Shown piece after piece: positions 1 to 6,042 of a stretch of 64,000 bases of DNA. Made by a program: the position numbers and the translations under genes. Each line of letters opens with the position of its first letter. Position 1 is the first letter of the stretch. The stretch comes from a phage. The notes beneath the pieces are model-generated. The model made no database searches and was not told where the DNA came from. It saw nothing but the letters and a program-made list of their open reading frames with translations. The stretch is taken from the sequence record PX246730.1, one strand, 5' to 3'.

Positions 1-78
1 CTATTTAAACAGATATCTTTCTGGATATCTATCTTTTATCTTAAAAGCCTTTTAAGAGGTCTTATAAGAGGCATACCA

Positions 79-450
79 ATGAAAAACAGAACAAACAAAG
101 GCCAGTTTAAAAAAGGCCAGTCTGGAAACCCATCTGGAAGACCAAAAGGCTCTCGTAACAAAAGCTCTCTCGTAAAAGCTCAACTGACCATTGATAATTC
201 TGCTGAGTTTGCTGCAAAGTTGTTTGAGGCGATTGTTACAAGGGACGCTGCTAAGCTTGCAGAGTTCGGTTTGACGACTGACGATGTAAACCTGAAGTCG
301 ATGATGGAAGCTGGTAAAACTATCATGACCCACTCAGCAGGTGAGATGAAAGCCATTGCAGCAGATACTAAGAAGACCCCTGATAACGGTGGTCAGTCTC
401 AGACAGATAACAAACCAACGTTCTCTGCTGTAGCGACTCTCAAAAAATAA
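79..450 (+). CDS. hypothetical protein (123 aa, basic Gly/Lys-rich N-terminus)
   Basis: ORF track; no recognisable catalytic motif. Confidence 0.45.
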   Translation: MKNRTNKGQFKKGQSGNPSGRPKGSRNKSSLVKAQLTIDNSAEFAAKLFEAIVTRDAAKLAEFGLTTDDVNLKSMMEAGKTIMTHSAGEMKAIAADTKKTPDNGGQSQTDNKPTFSAVATLKK

Positions 451-462
451 TTTTAAAAGGTG

Positions 463-492
463 TTGACAGACTCTACAAAGTTGCTCTAAAGT
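463..492 (+). promoter_or_regulatory. sigma70-like promoter candidate (TTGACA-N18-TAAAGT)
   Basis: TTGACA at 463-468, -10-like hexamer about 487-492, upstream of CDS at 532. Confidence 0.4.
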
Positions 493-531
493 CTGTCACA
501 TCAAACAACAAATGAGAGAAGAGAGTAAAAT

Positions 532-1947
532 ATGAGCGAGTTATTCAAACATGCGCACCTTCATGCAGGTCGAACTGAAAATGGTGCTGTAAACCATACT
601 TCATCAATGTCTGCTCTGGTAGACTTCTACAAAGCCGCTGGCTCAAGCCGTAGCAATGTAGAAATCTTACCAGACCTGTTCTACAAAGCTTTGCGTGAGG
701 ATGTTGATGTTGCAGTTCGTATTTTACTGCATATGCGAGATGTACGAGAAGGTATGGGTGAGCGTAAAGCCTTCAGAACTGTTTTGCTTCAAGCGATTGA
801 AGACAAAGTTTTAGAGCCTACACAGGTTCTTCGCATTATGGATAAGATTGCAGAGCTTGGTCGTTTTGATGACTTCAAAATCTTCGTAGGTACTCGTTTT
901 GAGACAGATGCCTTTAAGCATTTAGAAGCAGCATTACTAGACCCTGAGACAGCAGGTTTAGCAGCCAAGTGGTTACCACGAGTAAAACCACGACACAAAC
1001 AGTTTGTAAAACGTTTCTGTAAGTTTGCAAACTTAAGCGAGAAAGAGTATCGCACACTGTTATCTGCACTGTCTGATACGGTTGAGCAAAAAATCTCTGC
1101 TAATGAGTTTGGTAAGATTGATTACAGTAAGATTCCTTCTCTTGCTGCTGCACGTTACCAAAAACTCTTTAACCGTAAAGATGGAGAACGCTACAAAGCT
1201 TACATTGAGTCGCTATCAAAAGGTGAAGCTAAGATTAATGCTGGTGCTGTCTACCCATACGATGTGATTAAATCTATCAAGCATGGTAATGCAGATGTTG
1301 CTAATGAGCAGTGGAAAGCACTACCAAACTGGATGGCAGAAGGTGAGAACATCTTGTGTATGACTGATGTCTCAAGCTCAATGTCTTGGGTGAATCTTGG
1401 TTCAATCACGGCTCTTGATATTGGTGTATCTCTTGCCCTGTATGTAGCAGAACGCAATACTGGTTGCTTTAAGAATGAGTTAATGGTTTATTCAACAAAC
1501 CCTCATTTCATTGAACTGAGTGGTGATTTACGAAACCGTCATCGTCAGGTGATGCGACACGTTGAATATGGTTCAACTAACTTACAAGCAGCTTTTGACC
1601 GTATTCTTGAGACAGGTAAAAGAAACAACTTGACTCAGAAAGATATGCCAAGTAAGCTTATCATCTTCTCAGATATGGAATTCAATCAGGTTGATGGAGC
1701 TAATGGTCGTACAAACTTTGAAGCAATTCAGAGTAAGTACAAAAAAGCTGGATATGAGATGCCACAACTGGTATTCTGGTACTTAGCAAACCGTAATGGT
1801 ACTTGCGAAGTGTCTGTTAAGGATAACGGTGTAGCAATGGTATCTGGTTTCTCTCCAGCCACTTTAAAAGCTCTGCTTGGTGGTGAGAAGTTTGACCCAA
1901 CCAGCGTAATGCTCAAAGCAGTAATGATTGACCGTTACATCTGGTAA
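532..1947 (+). CDS. vWA-domain protein (471 aa), possibly TROVE/Ro60-like architecture
   Basis: C-terminal MIDAS-like motif D-V-S-S-S (CMTDVSSSMSW) typical of von Willebrand A domains; about 270 aa helical N-terminal region. Confidence 0.6.
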   Translation: MSELFKHAHLHAGRTENGAVNHTSSMSALVDFYKAAGSSRSNVEILPDLFYKALREDVDVAVRILLHMRDVREGMGERKAFRTVLLQAIEDKVLEPTQVLRIMDKIAELGRFDDFKIFVGTRFETDAFKHLEAALLDPETAGLAAKWLPRVKPRHKQFVKRFCKFANLSEKEYRTLLSALSDTVEQKISANEFGKIDYSKIPSLAAARYQKLFNRKDGERYKAYIESLSKGEAKINAGAVYPYDVIKSIKHGNADVANEQWKALPNWMAEGENILCMTDVSSSMSWVNLGSITALDIGVSLALYVAERNTGCFKNELMVYSTNPHFIELSGDLRNRHRQVMRHVEYGSTNLQAAFDRILETGKRNNLTQKDMPSKLIIFSDMEFNQVDGANGRTNFEAIQSKYKKAGYEMPQLVFWYLANRNGTCEVSVKDNGVAMVSGFSPATLKALLGGEKFDPTSVMLKAVMIDRYIW

Positions 1948-1965
1948 AAAGTTTTAAAAAGGGTA

Positions 1966-1994
1966 TTGACAATGTGTTTGATACCCTTTAATAT
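1966..1994 (+). promoter_or_regulatory. sigma70-like promoter (TTGACA-N17-TAATAT)
   Basis: -35 TTGACA 1966-1971, 17 bp spacer, -10 TAATAT 1989-1994. Confidence 0.55.
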
Positions 1995-2056
1995 GTCCTA
2001 CATAGAAACGAAATGAGAGCTTTTCTAAGATACTGAAAAATATTTTAAAAAAGTTC

Positions 2057-2086
2057 TTGACAACCACTAAAAAATAATGTTAAAGT
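2057..2086 (+). promoter_or_regulatory. sigma70-like promoter candidate preceding tRNA cluster
   Basis: TTGACA 2057-2062, -10-like TAAAGT about 2081-2086, immediately upstream of first tRNA. Confidence 0.4.
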
Positions 2087-2112
2087 GGTTACATAGAGTT
2101 TGAAAAGTTTAT

Positions 2113-2186
2113 CTCTGTTTAGCTCAGCTTGGTAGAGCGTTCCGTTTGGGGCGGTAAGGCCGGAGGTTCAAGTCCTCCAACAGAGA
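2113..2186 (+). tRNA. tRNA-Pro(TGG)
   Basis: 7 bp acceptor CTCTGTT/AACAGAG, D-stem GCTC/GAGC, anticodon loop ttTGGgg, T-arm GGAGG-TTCAAGT-CCTCC, CCA encoded. Confidence 0.7.
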
Positions 2187-2196
2187 CCAAATTAAT

Positions 2197-2271
2197 GTTC
2201 CAGTAGACAAAATGGTATAGTCACCACTCTTTCAAAGTGGATATTTGAGGGTTCAAATCCCTTCTGGAACG
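2197..2271 (+). tRNA. tRNA-Glu(TTC)
   Basis: acceptor GTTCCAG/CTGGAAC, anticodon stem CCACT/AGTGG with loop ctTTCaa, T-loop TTCAAAT, CCA encoded. Confidence 0.7.
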
Positions 2272-2285
2272 CCAGTTTTGACAGA

Positions 2286-2352
2286 AGACCAATTGCAGCA
2301 AACTTAATCTTATTCATCTGAAGGTAAATCGGACAAAGAAGAGATTTGGTCT
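2286..2352 (+). repeat. spacer hairpin element copy a (CAGAAGACCAA ... TTGGTCTGG)
   Basis: inverted repeat AGACCAA/TTGGTCT flanking about 55 nt; conserved internal motif cagcaaaCTTAA; first of four paralogous copies. Confidence 0.6.
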
Positions 2353-2365
2353 GGTCATTAAGAAT

Positions 2366-2439
2366 TGCGGGTATAGAGAAAGGGCGTCTCACATGTCTCA
2401 TTAGCATGGTATCGGCAGGTTCGACTCCTGCACCCGCCT
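2366..2439 (+). tRNA. tRNA with CAT anticodon (Met, fMet or Ile2)
   Basis: acceptor pairs with ACCCGCC with 1:72 mismatch, D-stem GAGA/TCTC, anticodon stem CATGT/GCATG with loop ctCATta, T-arm GCAGG-TTCGACT-CCTGC. Confidence 0.55.
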
Positions 2440-2452
2440 CCAAATTTACAGA

Positions 2453-2511
2453 AGACCGTTTACAGCAATACTTATTAAATTTTTAGCGGAAAAAATTGAA
2501 AGATACGGTCT
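2453..2511 (+). repeat. spacer hairpin element copy b (AGACCGT ... ACGGTCT)
   Basis: same conserved 5' motif tttacagaagaccgtttacagcaa and 3' ggtctggtaat as copies a, c, d. Confidence 0.6.
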
Positions 2512-2526
2512 GGTAATACTAAACAT

Positions 2527-2600
2527 GGTTAGGAAGCACATAAGGTATGTGCGGTCGCCTGTTAAGCGAATGGCACAGGGTTCGAATCCCTGACTAACCG
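2527..2600 (+). tRNA. tRNA-Asn(GTT)
   Basis: acceptor GGTTAGG/ACTAACC (6 of 7 bp), anticodon loop ctGTTaa, T-arm CAGGG-TTCGAAT-CCCTG. Confidence 0.6.
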
Positions 2601-2611
2601 CAAAATTTAAA

Positions 2612-2698
2612 TGTGTCGTTATCCCGTAGATGGTAGCGGTGGGGACTGTAAATCCCTTGTCATTGAGACTCGGTAGGTTCGACTCCTACACGGCACAC
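2612..2698 (+). tRNA. tRNA-Tyr(GTA)
   Basis: acceptor TGTGTCG/CGGCACA, anticodon stem GGGGA/TCCCT with loop ctGTAaa, long variable arm, T-loop TTCGACT, CCA encoded. Confidence 0.7.
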
Positions 2699-2764
2699 CA
2701 ATTTTGAGAGGGCTATTTAGCCCCTCCCTTAAAGAGTTCTTACGAGTATTCTTTAAAGGAGCAG

Positions 2765-2833
2765 AAGACCAAATACAGCAAGTTACTTAAAATTTCAAGC
2801 CAATTTAATTTTGAAAAATTTAAAACTTGGTCT
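2765..2833 (+). repeat. spacer hairpin element copy c (AGACCAA ... TTGGTCT)
   Basis: conserved gcagaagaccaaatacagcaagttacttaa and cttggtctgg. Confidence 0.6.
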
Positions 2834-2852
2834 GGCTCAACAAATTTACAGA

Positions 2853-2978
2853 AGACCGTTTACAGCAAAACTTAAACAATCTATTTCTCTGGTAAAGAAA
2901 AGGCGAAGGTTCGATTCCTTCACTCGGCAGATGTCGAGTTGGTGTAATGGTAGCACTTAAGATGATAAACAACGGTCT
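2853..2978 (+). repeat. spacer hairpin element copy d, enclosing tRNA-like pieces
   Basis: inverted repeat AGACCGT (2853-2859) / ACGGTCT (2972-2978) flanks the permuted tRNA-Thr-like segment. Confidence 0.6.
2884..2957 (+). tRNA. tRNA-Thr(GGT)-like, apparently circularly permuted (3' two-thirds upstream of 5' third)
   Basis: 2884-2929: anticodon arm TTTCT-ctGGTaa-AGAAA, T-arm GAAGG-TTCGATT-CCTTC, 3' acceptor ACTCGGC plus discriminator; 2933-2957: 5' acceptor GTCGAGT (pairs 7 of 7 with ACTCGGC incl. one GU) plus complete D-arm GTGT-aatggta-GCAC. Confidence 0.35.
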
Positions 2979-3129
2979 GGTAATTATCTTTGTAGATAAG
3001 TTATTAAGCTTACCTGTGAGTATGCGACCACAAAGGGTGAAAGGGTAAATTCTAGATTTAAACCCAACAAGGCACATCGCTACAGACCTTAAGCAAGTCT
3101 GGGTAGCTTATCTACAAAGATAATTTAAT

Positions 3130-3202
3130 GGAAGTGTAGCAGAATGGTGATGCGGCAGACTTTTAATCTGACAGGCGATGGGTTCGAATCCCTCCACTTC
3201 TA
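3130..3202 (+). tRNA. tRNA-Lys(TTT) (probable)
   Basis: acceptor GGAAGTG/CACTTCT, anticodon loop ctTTTaa, T-loop TTCGAAT, CCA encoded; T-stem imperfect. Confidence 0.55.
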
Positions 3203-3209
3203 CCAATAT

Positions 3210-3283
3210 GGTTCAGTCGCAGATAAGGTAATGCAGGGGTCTCATAAGCCCTATGAATGTGGGTTCGATTCCCATCTGAACCT
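3210..3283 (+). tRNA. tRNA with CAT anticodon (Met, fMet or Ile2)
   Basis: perfect acceptor GGTTCAG/CTGAACC, anticodon stem GGGGT/GCCCT with loop ctCATaa, T-arm GTGGG-TTCGATT-CCCAT, CCA encoded. Confidence 0.65.
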
Positions 3284-3288
3284 CCAAT

Positions 3289-3361
3289 GCTGTGAAAGCA
3301 CATATGGATGTGCATTCGGCTGATAACCGAAAGGAAGAAGGTTCGAATCCTTCTCACAGTA
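3289..3361 (+). tRNA. tRNA-Ile(GAT)
   Basis: acceptor GCTGTGA/TCACAGT, D-stem GCAC/GTGC, anticodon stem TTCGG/CCGAA with loop ctGATaa, T-arm GAAGG-TTCGAAT-CCTTC, CCA encoded. Confidence 0.75.
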
Positions 3362-3379
3362 CCAATTTCAATAAAGTTG

Positions 3380-3408
3380 TTGACACTGAGATGTGACTAC
3401 TTTATAGT
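3380..3408 (+). promoter_or_regulatory. sigma70-like promoter (TTGACA-N17-TATAGT) inside tRNA cluster
   Basis: -35 TTGACA 3380-3385, -10 TATAGT 3403-3408. Confidence 0.55.
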
Positions 3409-3613
3409 AACCTTAGTTTTCGTTGCGTAGCGTCTATTTTGCAAATTTAAAATAAATGCAAACGACAATGTTTTTCTGGCAGTAGCTTGATAGGCTAAAC
3501 ACCAGTGAGGTCTTCCAATCCCTCATCAAAGAATTTGGCGTACTAGCCCACGGTATGATTAATAAGGTGGGCATCTTTAAGGGCTTTCTAAGAGAGTCTT
3601 TAAAGATTAATTA

Positions 3614-3692
3614 CGGGGCGTATCTCATCTGTCTTCTAAACAGACGTTAACCGAGTAAGTGGAGTATGCGGGTTCGAGTCCTGCCGCCTCGA
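3614..3692 (+). tRNA. tRNA-like element with TCT (Arg-type) anticodon loop, atypical D region
   Basis: acceptor CGGGGCG/CGCCTCG, perfect anticodon arm TCTGT-ctTCTaa-ACAGA, T-loop TTCGAGT, CCA encoded; only 7 nt between acceptor and anticodon stem, 22 nt before T-arm. Confidence 0.4.
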
Positions 3693-3838
3693 CCAATTTA
3701 GTTAGCAGATTACTTAGACGACCTAAGCGGGTCTTCCTGTAGGGAGGTGGTCTGTATCTCATGTTTTCCAGAACATGTAAATAATCTGAGAAGGGGCTTT
3801 ACAGTGTTGAGATAATACGGTAAGCTTCGAATTATAGT

Positions 3839-3918
3839 ATGGGACGATGTTAAGACTCTAAGGCATGAGCAACGGCTTCCAACACCGTTTCAAAGGGGTT
3901 CGACTCCTCCGTCCCATG
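3839..3918 (+). tRNA. tRNA, anticodon unresolved (possibly Trp CCA)
   Basis: perfect acceptor ATGGGAC/GTCCCAT, T-loop TTCGACT, CCA encoded; anticodon region ACGG-cttCCAaca-CCGT has a 9-nt loop. Confidence 0.45.
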
Positions 3919-3934
3919 CCAAAGTCTTATTAGG

Positions 3935-4022
3935 GGTAGGTAGCGGCTAATGGTAGCCAAACTGTCTTGAAAACAGTTGCCACTGTAGAGATACGGTGAG
4001 GGTTCGACTTCTTTACTTACCG
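3935..4022 (+). tRNA. tRNA-Ser(TGA)
   Basis: acceptor GGTAGGT/ACTTACC, anticodon arm ACTGT-ctTGAaa-ACAGT, long variable arm, T-loop TTCGACT. Confidence 0.7.
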
Positions 4023-4178
4023 CCTAATAAGATTTTAAAGCCAAGCTTCATTCGGATGTTGCTTTGGTATCCCTCGTGTTGTCGAACACACTAATAAAGC
4101 ACCTAGTAGGTGTCACGGAGAAGAGATAATATCAAGCTCTCCAAAGGTTCTAGTCACCGGATTAAACAAGACTATGCA

Positions 4179-4200
4179 AAGACCTTTTTAGGTCTTTTTA
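4179..4200 (+). terminator. hairpin plus T-run (possible intrinsic terminator or processing site)
   Basis: AAGACC-ttttta-GGTCTT followed by TTTA. Confidence 0.4.
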
Positions 4201-4278
4201 GAGGGCTTCTAAGGTTATTACAGCTTGTTGTGGAACCTTGTTGCTTAGGTTCTTAGAAGTTCTCTAAAAAGATTTAAT

Positions 4279-4353
4279 GGGAGATTGACGGTAATTGGTA
4301 AACCTATCTCGCTTAGAACGAGATGTTTGAGGGTTCGAATCCCTTGTCTCCTA
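4279..4353 (+). tRNA. tRNA-Leu(TAG), short variable loop
   Basis: acceptor GGGAGAT/GTCTCCT, anticodon arm ATCTCG-ctTAGaa-CGAGAT, T-arm GAGGG-TTCGAAT-CCCTT, CCA encoded. Confidence 0.55.
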
Positions 4354-4363
4354 CCAAATTAAT

Positions 4364-4436
4364 GCAGGTGTAGCAAAATGGTTATGCGGCTGACTCTTAA
4401 TCAGTAAGACGATGGGTTCAATTCCCTCCACCTGTA
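4364..4436 (+). tRNA. tRNA-Lys(CTT) (probable)
   Basis: acceptor GCAGGTG/CACCTGT, D-stem GCA/TGC, anticodon arm GCTGA-ctCTTaa-TCAGT, T-loop TTCAATT, CCA encoded. Confidence 0.6.
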
Positions 4437-4445
4437 CCAGATATT

Positions 4446-4518
4446 GGGGATGTAGTTTACATGGTTAAAACATAAGTTTTGCAAAATTAAGTACAGGGTT
4501 CAATTCCCTGCTTCTCCA
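4446..4518 (+). tRNA. tRNA-Ala(TGC)
   Basis: acceptor with G3:T70 wobble pair (Ala identity element), D-stem GTTT/AAAC, anticodon loop ttTGCaa, T-arm CAGGG-TTCAATT-CCCTG, CCA encoded. Confidence 0.65.
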
Positions 4519-4527
4519 CCAATTAGT

Positions 4528-4599
4528 GCATCCATAGTTTAAACGGGAAAATTACAGTCTTCCAAACTGAGGTTGAGGGTTCGATTCCCTCTGGATGCT
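4528..4599 (+). tRNA. tRNA-Gly(TCC)
   Basis: perfect acceptor GCATCCA/TGGATGC, anticodon arm CAGT-ctTCCaa-ACTG, T-arm GAGGG-TTCGATT-CCCTC, CCA encoded. Confidence 0.7.
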
Positions 4600-4608
4600 C
4601 CAAATAAT

Positions 4609-4682
4609 GCTGCTTTCGTATAATTGGCTATTACACATCCCTTGTAAGGATGGAAATGCAGGTTCGAGTCCTGTGAGCAGCA
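4609..4682 (+). tRNA. tRNA-Thr(TGT)
   Basis: acceptor GCTGCTT/GAGCAGC, anticodon arm CATCC-ctTGTaa-GGATG, T-arm GCAGG-TTCGAGT-CCTGT, CCA encoded. Confidence 0.75.
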
Positions 4683-4780
4683 CCAATTCAGAGGTCAAGT
4701 GAAAGACCGCTGGTGTCAACTGAAGACCGTAACAAATTCCACGGAGTTGAGTTAGCGGCACAACTTCAGACCTCTTTCAC

Positions 4781-4852
4781 ACTCGCTTAGTTTATATGGT
4801 AAAACACCACCCTTACAAGATGAAGAAAAAGGTTCAAGTCCTTTAGTGAGTA
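4781..4852 (+). tRNA. tRNA-Val(TAC) (tentative; weak anticodon stem)
   Basis: acceptor ACTCGCT/AGTGAGT, D-stem GTTT/AAAC, loop ctTACaa, perfect T-arm AAAGG-TTCAAGT-CCTTT, CCA encoded. Confidence 0.45.
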
Positions 4853-4856
4853 CCAT

Positions 4857-4931
4857 GTTCCAGTATCCCAATTGGCAGAGGATGCAAGCTCAAACCTTGT
4901 ACTAGTGACGGTTCGAATCCGTCTTGGAACA
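4857..4931 (+). tRNA. tRNA-Leu(CAA), short variable loop
   Basis: acceptor GTTCCAG/TTGGAAC, D-stem TCC/GGA with 11-nt loop, anticodon arm GCAAG-ctCAAac-CTTGT, T-arm GACGG-TTCGAAT-CCGTC, CCA encoded. Confidence 0.55.
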
Positions 4932-4939
4932 CCAATTTT

Positions 4940-5012
4940 GCAGGATTAGTTCAAATGGATAGAGCAACAGTCTACGAAGCTGTTAATAGGGGTTCGAATC
5001 CCTTATCCTGCG
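4940..5012 (+). tRNA. tRNA-Arg(ACG)
   Basis: perfect acceptor GCAGGAT/ATCCTGC, anticodon arm ACAGT-ctACGaa-GCTGT, T-arm TAGGG-TTCGAAT-CCCTT, CCA encoded. Confidence 0.75.
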
Positions 5013-5034
5013 CCAATTTAAAGAGGCTATTTAG

Positions 5035-5592
5035 ATGAGATATTTGAAGTATGCTTCATGGATTTTCTTAGCTTTGTTAGAGCCATTTGCAGCAATCTTA
5101 GCAGTAATTTTAGCACCCTTTGTGGTTCCATTCTACAGTGAAAAGAAAGGACACTTACCTTTTGGATTCAGATGGATGGAGACTTATGATAACCCAATTG
5201 ATGGTGACAAAGGCCACGTTGAGAGATGGGCTAAGATTAGAAAGATTGGTAAGCTCGGTGTTTATATGCAGAGAGTTGGATGGCTCTGGAGAAACAAAGC
5301 TTATAACTTCTCTTACCATGTGCTAGGAAGAGATGTAAAAGATGTTACTAAGTGGAAAGGTAATATCAACGTAAGTTCTAACCCTGAAGATAATCAGACA
5401 GGTTATCTCCTAATGTGGAACAGTAATGCTTGGGGATTATTCGCTTTTACCCCATCAATTAAAATCTTTGGTAAACAATTCTACTGGAGAATTTATGTTG
5501 GATGGAAACTTAAAAGTGTTGTCCCAGAAGAAAGAGCATTCTCAAGGGAAAGAGTTATGTTGGCATTCTTTATTCATCCACTAAGAAAGTAA
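5035..5592 (+). CDS. hypothetical membrane protein (185 aa) embedded in tRNA cluster
   Basis: ORF track; hydrophobic N-terminal segment (IFLALLEPFAAILAVILAPFVVPF); Trp/aromatic-rich. Confidence 0.5.
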   Translation: MRYLKYASWIFLALLEPFAAILAVILAPFVVPFYSEKKGHLPFGFRWMETYDNPIDGDKGHVERWAKIRKIGKLGVYMQRVGWLWRNKAYNFSYHVLGRDVKDVTKWKGNINVSSNPEDNQTGYLLMWNSNAWGLFAFTPSIKIFGKQFYWRIYVGWKLKSVVPEERAFSRERVMLAFFIHPLRK

Positions 5593-5600
5593 AGATTTAA

Positions 5601-5673
5601 AGGGGATTAGTTTACAAGGTTAAAACCTCGGTCTTTGAAATCGAAGAAGTTGGTTCAATTCCAACATCCCCCA
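5601..5673 (+). tRNA. tRNA-Gln(TTG)
   Basis: acceptor AGGGGAT/ATCCCCC (1:72 mismatch), D-stem GTTT/AAAC, anticodon arm TCGGT-ctTTGaa-ATCGA, T-arm GTTGG-TTCAATT-CCAAC, CCA encoded. Confidence 0.6.
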
Positions 5674-5678
5674 CCAAT

Positions 5679-5754
5679 GCTCCATTACTCCAATTGGCAG
5701 AGAGGCCAGACTTAAAATCTGTGTTATGTATCGGTTCGAATCCGATATGGAGTA
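5679..5754 (+). tRNA. tRNA-Leu(TAA), short variable loop
   Basis: acceptor GCTCCAT/ATGGAGT, D-arm paralogous to the CAA tRNA (caattggcaga), loop ctTAAaa, T-arm ATCGG-TTCGAAT-CCGAT, CCA encoded. Confidence 0.55.
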
Positions 5755-5762
5755 CCAAATTT

Positions 5763-5835
5763 AGCGGTATAGCATAACTGGCAATGCAGCAGTCTCTGAA
5801 GCTGTCCTATTAAGGTTCAAATCCTTATGCCGCTG
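5763..5835 (+). tRNA. tRNA-Gln(CTG)
   Basis: acceptor AGCGGTA/TGCCGCT, anticodon arm GCAGT-ctCTGaa-GCTGT, T-arm TAAGG-TTCAAAT-CCTTA, CCA encoded. Confidence 0.6.
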
Positions 5836-5869
5836 CCACTTCTAAGGGTTCTTACGAGAGTCCTTAAAT

Positions 5870-5942
5870 GTGGCCTTATCATAAAAGGTAATGACCCATG
5901 CTGTGAACATGGTCTATACGGGTTCAAATCCCGTAGGTCACC
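5870..5942 (+). tRNA. tRNA-His(GTG)
   Basis: acceptor GTGGCCT/AGGTCAC, anticodon arm CCATG-ctGTGaa-CATGG, T-arm ACGGG-TTCAAAT-CCCGT, CCA encoded. Confidence 0.75.
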
Positions 5943-5950
5943 CCAATTTA

Positions 5951-6024
5951 TAGTCCAAGTAGCTTATATGGTAAAGCGCGTGTCTGAAAAACATGAGAAG
6001 AGGGTTCAAATCCCACTGGACTAC
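5951..6024 (+). tRNA. tRNA-Phe(GAA)
   Basis: acceptor TAGTCCA/TGGACTA, anticodon arm CGTGT-ctGAAaa-ACATG, T-loop TTCAAAT. Confidence 0.7.
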
Positions 6025-6042
6025 CAATTTCAAAGGTGCTTA

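Noticed and set aside
2192-4761. Short minus-strand ORFs inside the tRNA cluster (2192-2443, 2820-3077, 3163-3357, 4552-4761)
   Set aside because: They overlap well-formed tRNA genes on the opposite strand and their translations are rich in tRNA-complement artefacts; no RBS.
5827-6042. N-terminal extension of ORF 5827-6777
   Set aside because: This part overlaps tRNA-Gln(CTG), tRNA-His and tRNA-Phe on the same strand; the ORF was trimmed to the ATG at 6043.
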